Of a stretch of 64,000 bases of DNA, positions 57,755 through 64,000 are shown one piece after another (position 1 is the stretch's first letter; each line of letters begins with the position of its first letter). The translations under genes were made by a program, and so were the position numbers. Below the pieces are notes generated by a model, which saw nothing but the letters and a program-made list of their open reading frames with translations, made no database searches and was not told where the DNA came from. Source of the DNA: Candidatus Omnitrophota bacterium (lineage in GTDB: Bacteria > Omnitrophota > Gorgyraeia > 2-01-FULL-45-10). The stretch is from the NCBI GenBank assembly GCA_028699255.1, contig JAQVUX010000005.1, positions 35,944 to 99,943 on the forward strand, given 5' to 3'.

Positions 57755-59332
57755 CTAGTGCTTAAAATGCCTGACCCCCGTAAAGACCATCGCTATGCCT
57801 AAACGGTCGGCCGCCTTTATCACTTCCGCGTCGCGGATCGATCCGCCCGGTTGTATTATAGCCGTGATGCCGCCCTGATGAGCCTGCTCGATCCCGTCTT
57901 CCTTCGGGAAGAACGCGTCGGACGCCAATGTCGAGCCGGAAGCTCTCTGGCCCGCTTTTTTGCACGCTATCATTACCGAATCGACCCGGGACATCTGGCC
58001 GGCGCCGACACCGACGGTCTTAGTGCCGCGGCAGAGCACGATAGCATTGGATTTTACATGTTTAGCCACCACCCAGCCGAATAGTAAGGACGCAAGCTCT
58101 TCCTTGGTCGGCTTAATTTTTGTAACGAATTTCAGATCCGACTCTTTAAGCGTTACAACGTCCCTATCCTGAATAAGCAGGCCTCCGACGACCTTTTTTA
58201 TATCCTTATCAAAATTGGCAGGCTTCGCGCCGAAATTCTTAACCTCGACCAGGCGCAGGTTCTTCTTTACTTTAAGCGATTCGAGCGCCTGCGCGTCATA
58301 GGATGGGGCGATTATGCACTCGACGAAATCCGCTTCTTCCAATATCGTTTTTGCTACCTCCGTATCGATGGGCCTGTTAAACCCTACGATACTGCCGAAG
58401 GCGCTCAGCCGGTCGCAATCGAGCGCGTCGATATATGCCTGCTTCAGGCTCGTAGACGTAGCCGTACCGCACGGATTGGTATGTTTTATTATGGTCGCGG
58501 CGGGTTCTTTGAACTCTTTGACTATCTCGAGCGCGGCATTAAGATCAATGATATTATTGAATGAAAGCTCTTTTCCGTGCAACTGCACGGCTCCGGAGAC
58601 GCTCGGCTCGGCAGACGCTTCATCTTTATAAAATGCCGCCTTCTGGTGCGGATTTTCGCCGTATCGCAGATCCTGTAGCTTCTTATACTTCAAATTCAAA
58701 ACTTGCGGGAACTCACCGGCAGGCTCCTGGCTCGACGCTGTCGCCCCTTGCCTTTGAAGATATTCGTATATCGCCGCGTCATACGTCGATGTCTTCTGGA
58801 ATACTTTGACACCAAGCTCGACCAGAAGAGCCTCCGCCACGCTACCGCCGGATTTTTCCATTTCGGCTATCACTCTGCCATAATCGGCAACGTCGCAGAT
58901 GACGCATACCGACCTGTGGTTCTTCGCCGCGCTCCTCAACATCGACGGCCCGCCTATGTCTATATTTTCTATCGCCTCTTCCAATTTGACGCCCGCTTTC
59001 GCGACCGTCTTCTCGAATGGATACAGGTTTACGACCACCATGTCTATGAGGCCGATGGCGTGTTTCTTTACGATATCCATGTGCTCTTTATTCTCACGCA
59101 GGGCGAGAAGCCCGCCATGTATCATCGGATGCAGGGTCTTGACCCTGCCGTCGAGCATCTCGGGAAAACCCGTATGCTCCGACACGTCTTTCACCGGTAT
59201 GCCGAGCGCCCTTATCGCTTTGGCGGTGCCGCCCGTCGACAATATTTCCACCCCGAATTTATTTAATGTCTTCGCGAGTATATCGAGACCCGTCTTATCG
59301 GATACGCTTATGAGCGCGCGTTTTATCTTCAT
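57755..59332 (-). CDS. purH: bifunctional AICAR transformylase / IMP cyclohydrolase
   Basis: 525 aa with an MGS-like N-terminus (RALISVSDKTGL) and a C-terminal AICARFT domain. Confidence 0.95.
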   Translation of the reverse strand: MKIKRALISVSDKTGLDILAKTLNKFGVEILSTGGTAKAIRALGIPVKDVSEHTGFPEMLDGRVKTLHPMIHGGLLALRENKEHMDIVKKHAIGLIDMVVVNLYPFEKTVAKAGVKLEEAIENIDIGGPSMLRSAAKNHRSVCVICDVADYGRVIAEMEKSGGSVAEALLVELGVKVFQKTSTYDAAIYEYLQRQGATASSQEPAGEFPQVLNLKYKKLQDLRYGENPHQKAAFYKDEASAEPSVSGAVQLHGKELSFNNIIDLNAALEIVKEFKEPAATIIKHTNPCGTATSTSLKQAYIDALDCDRLSAFGSIVGFNRPIDTEVAKTILEEADFVECIIAPSYDAQALESLKVKKNLRLVEVKNFGAKPANFDKDIKKVVGGLLIQDRDVVTLKESDLKFVTKIKPTKEELASLLFGWVVAKHVKSNAIVLCRGTKTVGVGAGQMSRVDSVMIACKKAGQRASGSTLASDAFFPKEDGIEQAHQGGITAIIQPGGSIRDAEVIKAADRLGIAMVFTGVRHFKH

Positions 59333-60081
59333 TATCGCTGTGCCTTTCCCTGATTAGCTACAGCTTCCATTGCTTTTTTCACCTCTTCCGGATCGCCCAT
59401 GTAGTAACTCTTTATCGGCTTAAGGTCGTCGGTCAATTCATACACGAGCGGCAGTCCGGTCGGTATGTTCAGACTGACTATGTCTTTGTCGGAAACGTTG
59501 TCGAGATATTTCACGAGTGCCCTCAAGCTATTCCCGTGGGCCGCGATTATCACGCGCTTGCCGCCCTTCACCGCGGGCGCGATAGTCTCGTGCCAATACG
59601 GCAGGAACCGCGCGACGGTATCTTTCAGGCATTCAGTAAGTGGAAGCTCTTTGGGTGTCAGGTTTTTGTAACGGAGATCGTTGCCCGGATAGCGCGGGTC
59701 TTTCTTTTCCAGCACCGGCGGGGGTACGTCGTAACTACGCCTCCACACAAGCACCTGTTCTTCGCCGAACTTGGCCGCCGTTTCGGATTTGTTCAGCCCC
59801 TGCAAAGCGCCGTAGTGGCGTTCGTTCAGCCGCCATGAATTGTAGACGGGTATCCACATGAGATCCATCCCGTCGAGCGTCATCCATAAAGTCCGTATAG
59901 CTCTCTTCAGCACCGATGTGTAAGCAACGTCGAAAACAAACCCTTCCTTCTTCAATACCTCTCCGGCCTTCTTCGCCTCGCCCATGCCTTTTTCGGAAAG
60001 ATCTACGTCGGTCCATCCCGTAAACCTGTTCTCCTTGTTCCAGACACTCTCGCCGTGACGCAGTAAAACAAGCTTCTTCAT
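59332..60081 (-). CDS. gpmA: 2,3-bisphosphoglycerate-dependent phosphoglycerate mutase
   Basis: 249 aa with [18 protein letters not shown] (RHG phosphohistidine motif). Confidence 0.95.
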   Translation of the reverse strand: MKKLVLLRHGESVWNKENRFTGWTDVDLSEKGMGEAKKAGEVLKKEGFVFDVAYTSVLKRAIRTLWMTLDGMDLMWIPVYNSWRLNERHYGALQGLNKSETAAKFGEEQVLVWRRSYDVPPPVLEKKDPRYPGNDLRYKNLTPKELPLTECLKDTVARFLPYWHETIAPAVKGGKRVIIAAHGNSLRALVKYLDNVSDKDIVSLNIPTGLPLVYELTDDLKPIKSYYMGDPEEVKKAMEAVANQGKAQR

Positions 60082-60152
60082 ATTATTCGTCTCCCTTAAT
60101 ATTATTTTTTACGAGATTCGATTATAACACAAAACCAATTTTTTTTAAAATA

Positions 60153-60195
60153 TTTTGCAACAAAACCACGTTTTAAGCGTCTATATAGTGAGGGG
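60153..60195 (+). promoter_or_regulatory. ECF-type promoter motif, copy 3, upstream of the RAYT gene
   Basis: GCAAC at 60157-60161, a 16-nt spacer, then CGTC at 60178-60181 followed by TATATAGTGAGGGG. The spacer sequence differs from copies 1 and 2 while the -35 and -10 elements are conserved. Confidence 0.55.
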
Positions 60196-60216
60196 ACAGT
60201 TAACAATTAAACCATT

Positions 60217-60267
60217 CAACCGCGTAGGTTACCGCGTAGGTTACCGCGTAGGTTACCTACGCGGTTG
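60217..60267. repeat. REP cluster 5' of the RAYT gene (three direct copies and one inverted copy)
   Basis: CAACCGCGTAGGTTA CCGCGTAGGTTA CCGCGTAGGTTA CCTACGCGGTTG, lying 14 nt before the RAYT ATG and inside its predicted 5' UTR. Confidence 0.85.
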
Positions 60268-60281
60268 ACAAGGAGGGCATT

Positions 60282-60896
60282 ATGATTTATCATATTTTTA
60301 ACAAAAGTATATCGAATTTTACAATATACAACGATGCTTTTGAGTACTTGCGGATGCTCACAGCTATTCAGTATTACCAATCAAATCCGGGGAAAACCAG
60401 TTTTTCGCGATTTATTAGTTTATTAGAAAAAGAAAAAACGCAAATTCCAACAGAAAATAAGATTGTTGATGTAATCGCGTATTGTCTTATGCCTACCCAC
60501 TTCCATTTCATCTTAAATGAACAAAAAGAAGGCGGAATAGCTTCTTTTACTAACAACCTGCTTAATAGCTATACTCGTTATTTCAATATAAAACATAATA
60601 GAAAAGGGCCTTTATGGCAGGGAAGATCCCGAAGGGTATTAGTAAAGACCGATGAACAACTGCTACACCTCACAAGATACATACATTTGAATCCTGTTAC
60701 GTCATATTTGGTTGACAACCCGGGGAAATGGCCATATTCCTCTTATGATGAGTATTTAAAAATACCAAAAGATCTACAGATATGTAAATATGCTGATTTA
60801 ATAGATATGCAACCAACAATATATATGAATTTCGTAACCGATAGAATTAATTATCAGCGAGAATTAGCAAAAATAAAGGACTTACTCCTTGAGTGA
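60282..60896 (+). mobile_element. REP-associated tyrosine transposase (RAYT; IS200/IS605 TnpA Y1 family)
   Basis: 204 aa with the HuH motif CLMPTHFHFIL and a catalytic Tyr in LTRYIHLNPV. An AGGAGGG RBS is present. The gene is flanked by inverted REP clusters and its coding sequence is AT-rich (about 33% GC). Confidence 0.85.
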
Positions 60897-60902
60897 CCTG
60901 TC

Positions 60903-60941
60903 AACCTACGCGGTAACCTACGCGGTTACCGCGTAGGTTGA
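60903..60941. repeat. REP cluster 3' of the RAYT gene (mirror image of the upstream cluster)
   Basis: CAACCTACGCGG TAACCTACGCGG TTACCGCGTAGGTTG. Confidence 0.85.
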
Positions 60942-60960
60942 TATAGGTTTTTATGGTTGA

Positions 60961-62139
60961 CTACAGTAACGCGGTGGAGACGGTGTCGCAGAAGAGGAAA
61001 CCTTTGCGCTTGAGGCATATTCCGGTTATGGCGTCGCCAGCCCTCTTGTATTTGATTAAATCGTCAGCCAGTAACGCGGGTAGCGCTTTCTTCTCGAGCT
61101 CGCAAAAGTCAAATCCCGTCTTATCCTTAAACCAGGCGAAGTCGATACCCGGCTTCGTCCTTATCTTGACGGCGGCCGTCTCCATAGCCCGCTCAATCGG
61201 CGAGAGCTTCTCGCTGAACCCCGTAACACTCTTGCGCGAACTCACCCTCCCGACATACTCTTTCACATCAGACACATTCCTCGACCTGACGCCGTCCAGA
61301 TACGAAGCGGCCGATGGGCCCAGCCCTATATAAGGATTATTCTCCCAGTAGTTCGTATTGTGCTTCGATTCGAACCCTGCGCGGGCAAAATTTGACACCT
61401 CGTATTGCTTGAAACCGCGCAGGCTTAAAATATCTATCGCGTCTTCATACATCACCGAGGTTATGTCGTCGCATAGAGGCTCGACGCTCCTATTTGCCAC
61501 AGCCACAGCCAACGGCGTACCCTTCTCATAAGTAAGGTCGTAACACGATACGTGCGTTATCGGCAAGCGCGTTATTCCATCAAGCTCTTTCTTCCACGAA
61601 TCGATCGTCTCATCCCACACGCCGAAGATAAGATCGGCGCTTATATTCTTGAACCCCATCCTATGGGCGAGCGCGACACACTCTTCCCCCCTTTTCGCGG
61701 AATGTATCCGGCCCAACTTCTTTAATTTGCGGTCATCCAGCGACTGAACACCCACGCTCAGGCGTCCGACTCCCCGATCGAGGAGAAACTTCATCTTATC
61801 GCCATCCATGCTTTCGGGATTCGCTTCAAATGTAAACTCGCCGGATGTTATGGAAAAGTTTTTTAACGCGTCCAGAAGTTTTCCCAGAAGTTTTGTAGAC
61901 AAGGCGCTGGGTGTCCCACCGCCTATGTATATCGAATAAACTTTCGGATCTATGTCTTTAAGCTGGAGAATAACGGTATCTACCAAAGCGCCCGCCGCAT
62001 CCTCATCGTATATGCGGCTGTAAAAATTGCAATAGATGCACTTTCTTTTGCAGAATGGGATGTGTATATACAGGGAAGGTTCCATGAATGACATTATAAA
62101 GGAAGTCGCGCCATAAAACAAGTAGGGCACCTCTTCCAC
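60961..62139 (-). CDS. hemW: radical SAM heme chaperone HemW (HemN-like, oxygen-independent coproporphyrinogen oxidase family)
   Basis: CxxxCxxC in HIPFCKRKCIYCNF and a HemN C-terminal domain. The true start may be the internal MEPSLYIHIPFC. Confidence 0.8.
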   Translation of the reverse strand: MEEVPYLFYGATSFIMSFMEPSLYIHIPFCKRKCIYCNFYSRIYDEDAAGALVDTVILQLKDIDPKVYSIYIGGGTPSALSTKLLGKLLDALKNFSITSGEFTFEANPESMDGDKMKFLLDRGVGRLSVGVQSLDDRKLKKLGRIHSAKRGEECVALAHRMGFKNISADLIFGVWDETIDSWKKELDGITRLPITHVSCYDLTYEKGTPLAVAVANRSVEPLCDDITSVMYEDAIDILSLRGFKQYEVSNFARAGFESKHNTNYWENNPYIGLGPSAASYLDGVRSRNVSDVKEYVGRVSSRKSVTGFSEKLSPIERAMETAAVKIRTKPGIDFAWFKDKTGFDFCELEKKALPALLADDLIKYKRAGDAITGICLKRKGFLFCDTVSTALL

Positions 62140-62227
62140 GCCGTCGCTATCGCTTTGGCGGAATCCCGCCCGTGCGAAACCGATGGCGGGAAAAGGTGCC
62201 CTACCGTTATTTATATATCCGAACTTA

Positions 62228-62902
62228 CTATTTCTTCATGTCGTTGATAACGTCCTGAACGAACTTGCCGGCTATGTCCTTGCATCCAAGGCCGAATGCC
62301 AACGCTATGCCTATGCCTACGGATATGAGAACTATATTGACGGCCAGAACTATCAGCGTCGAGGCGATCTTAAGCTGTTCTATCGCTATGACCACTGCAA
62401 AGATAACAAGTACCGTCTTCGTAAGCTTGGCAAGCATGCTCGCCTTTTTCAATCCGGCGTTGCCAGCGGTCGTCCGCACTATCGTACTGACAAAATCGGC
62501 CACGAACGATCCGACTATAAGGATGAATATCGCGCCCAGTATGTTAGGCACATATTCAATGAGCCTCTGCACCATGTCTGCCGCTACCGTAAGGCTTAGC
62601 GTACCTAATGCGGTCGCTATAACTACAAGTATAATTATCCAATATACCACTGCGCCTATAAGTTCCGATACGGTCAACCGTATCTCGCCCTGCGCCAGGA
62701 CATTCGATACACCCGCTTTGTCACTTGCCGCATCTAAGCGGATGGCCTTCAAAACCCTTACTATTACCGTTTCTATAAGCTTGGCTACAAGCCAGCCTAT
62801 TACCAGGATGACAATCGCGCCTGCTATGGCGGGAATATAACCCCATACTCTTATAAACATAGCCTTAACAGGGTCAACTACAACGAACGTCAGCCAATCC
62901 AT
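62228..62902 (-). CDS. membrane protein with conserved TM-helix repeats (MscS-N-terminal-like)
   Basis: 224 aa with repeated amphipathic TM helices (AIAGAIVILVIGWLVAKLIE..). Confidence 0.5.
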   Translation of the reverse strand: MDWLTFVVVDPVKAMFIRVWGYIPAIAGAIVILVIGWLVAKLIETVIVRVLKAIRLDAASDKAGVSNVLAQGEIRLTVSELIGAVVYWIIILVVIATALGTLSLTVAADMVQRLIEYVPNILGAIFILIVGSFVADFVSTIVRTTAGNAGLKKASMLAKLTKTVLVIFAVVIAIEQLKIASTLIVLAVNIVLISVGIGIALAFGLGCKDIAGKFVQDVINDMKK

Positions 62903-63055
62903 ACAGCACCTCCGATTTGTTGTAATTCAACTCCGGCAAATCGTCCCGCCTCTAATCTTAGTCCGGGCGGAACTATCGCCATTGAATAAAGTTTACCACA
63001 ATTTTACATTTTGGCAAGTTAAAATCTGACTTTTTTTGACTTTTTTACTCTGTTT

Positions 63056-64000
63056 CTAACCGCACTTAGAGTAACCGCAGGAGTTGCATACCATGCAACC
63101 CTCAACGTGCCGCAGTGAACTGCCGCAATCGGGGCAGACGCCTACTATGTTGCCCGTCTTCGCTTTAACCGCCTTCTGAGTATTGACTGCCGAAGATTCG
63201 GATTGAGACAGGCCCGACTCCTGAGCCGGCGAGGACGAGGCCTGAGAGACGGCATCGGCGGCCGTCCCGGATTTCGGCTTGGCCGCGCCCTTCTTCGCTT
63301 CGACTATCCTGCGCTCCAAAACGCGCGCGATAGCGTCACTGCATGAGAATATCCTGCCGCCCTTCTCCCAGCTTGGCGAGGGGCATCTGATACCGCGCAA
63401 CTGCTCGATTATGGAGTTGGTATCTATTCCGCTTCGTAGCGCAAGAGACAAAAGCCGCCCCATCGCTTCGAGCTGGCTCATCGCGCATCCGCCCGCCTTA
63501 CCCATCGACATGAAAACCTCGAACGGCTGACCCTTCTCGTCTTCGTTTATCGTTACGTACAGATTGCCGCAACCGGTCGCTATCTTTGTGGTAGTGCCGA
63601 CTGTAACGTTTGGCCTGGGCCGCGGGCTTATCTTAGCGCCCACCAACTGCTGTTTCGGCTCTGTGGCCGCAGGTATGCTCAAAACCTGCTCGTCTCTGGA
63701 ATGATCACGATAGATGGTAACACCTTTACAACCGCCCTCATAAGCAAGCTTATATATCCTACCCACATCCTCGACGGTGGCGGACTGCGGGAGATTGACC
63801 GTTTTGGAAACGGCATTATTCGTATATTTCTGGAACGCGGATTGCATCGTTATATGAGAAACCGCGTCGATATCGTGCGCCGTAACAAAAACCTTCTGTA
63901 TTCTCTCCGGCACCTCGCTAAGCGACTTGAGCGACCCCTTTTGGGCGATGATATTCATAAGTTCAGGCGTAAAGAACCCGCCCTTTACCGCGACTTCCTT
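63056..64000 (-). CDS. nrdJ: class II (adenosylcobalamin-dependent) ribonucleotide reductase, C-terminal part (gene continues past the window end)
   Basis: The C-terminal zinc ribbon CPDCGSSLRHVEGCMVCNSCGYSKC and RNR barrel-end motifs (AYEGGCKGVTIYRD) are present. The reading frame stays open to position 64000. Confidence 0.75.
   Translation of the reverse strand, partial: KEVAVKGGFFTPELMNIIAQKGSLKSLSEVPERIQKVFVTAHDIDAVSHITMQSAFQKYTNNAVSKTVNLPQSATVEDVGRIYKLAYEGGCKGVTIYRDHSRDEQVLSIPAATEPKQQLVGAKISPRPRPNVTVGTTTKIATGCGNLYVTINEDEKGQPFEVFMSMGKAGGCAMSQLEAMGRLLSLALRSGIDTNSIIEQLRGIRCPSPSWEKGGRIFSCSDAIARVLERRIVEAKKGAAKPKSGTAADAVSQASSSPAQESGLSQSESSAVNTQKAVKAKTGNIVGVCPDCGSSLRHVEGCMVCNSCGYSKCG

Overview
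This 64 kb window is a gene-dense bacterial chromosomal segment of about 50% GC. Most genes are housekeeping genes of a diderm-type organism and lie on the minus strand. The phylum cannot be named from sequence alone.

Gene content:
- The 5' part of the dcw cell-wall cluster: mraZ, rsmH, ftsL, ftsI, murE, murF, and the start of mraY.
- RNase P RNA (rnpB), which the ORF track cannot show.
- Four tRNAs: Val-CAC, Met-CAT, Leu-CAA and Ala-GGC.
- The dnaG-rpoD operon, nif3, cvpA, lolDE and lysS.
- A large PAS/GAF-GGDEF-HD-GYP sensor protein.
- An ECF sigma factor with a zinc-finger anti-sigma factor.
- spoVG, yraN and comM.
- lnt, secA, and prfB with the classic +1 frameshift site.
- A compact uvrC, murJ, rpsT, holA and lptE.
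- A BamD-like TPR protein with a long repetitive tail.
- A pilZ gene, comEC and comEA, leuS and nfo.
- accA, an L,D-transpeptidase, folE, mnmE, folC, purH and gpmA.
- hemW, and the C-terminal part of a class II ribonucleotide reductase that runs off the window.

Features that are not routine:
- A family of about 85-bp structured repeats sits next to all four tRNA genes. Each unit is a conserved 19-20 nt core flanked by two hairpins whose stems co-vary.
- A REP-associated tyrosine transposase gene (RAYT) is bracketed by inverted clusters of a 15-nt REP (CAACCGCGTAGGTTA). The same REP occurs at four other loci.
- An ECF-type promoter motif (GCAAC-N16-CGTCTATATAGTGAGG) occurs three times: in front of the anti-sigma gene, the spoVG operon and the RAYT gene.
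- AT-rich foreign-looking genes are present: an ORF6N/KilA-N-like gene and the RAYT gene.
- A 1089-aa orphan secreted protein lies in a tRNA- and REP-bounded interval.
- A lipoprotein / TM-HAMP / secreted-HExxH three-gene module follows accA.
- A pseudo-tRNA scar lies 5' of tRNA-Met.
- The csp leader carries a terminator-like attenuator.
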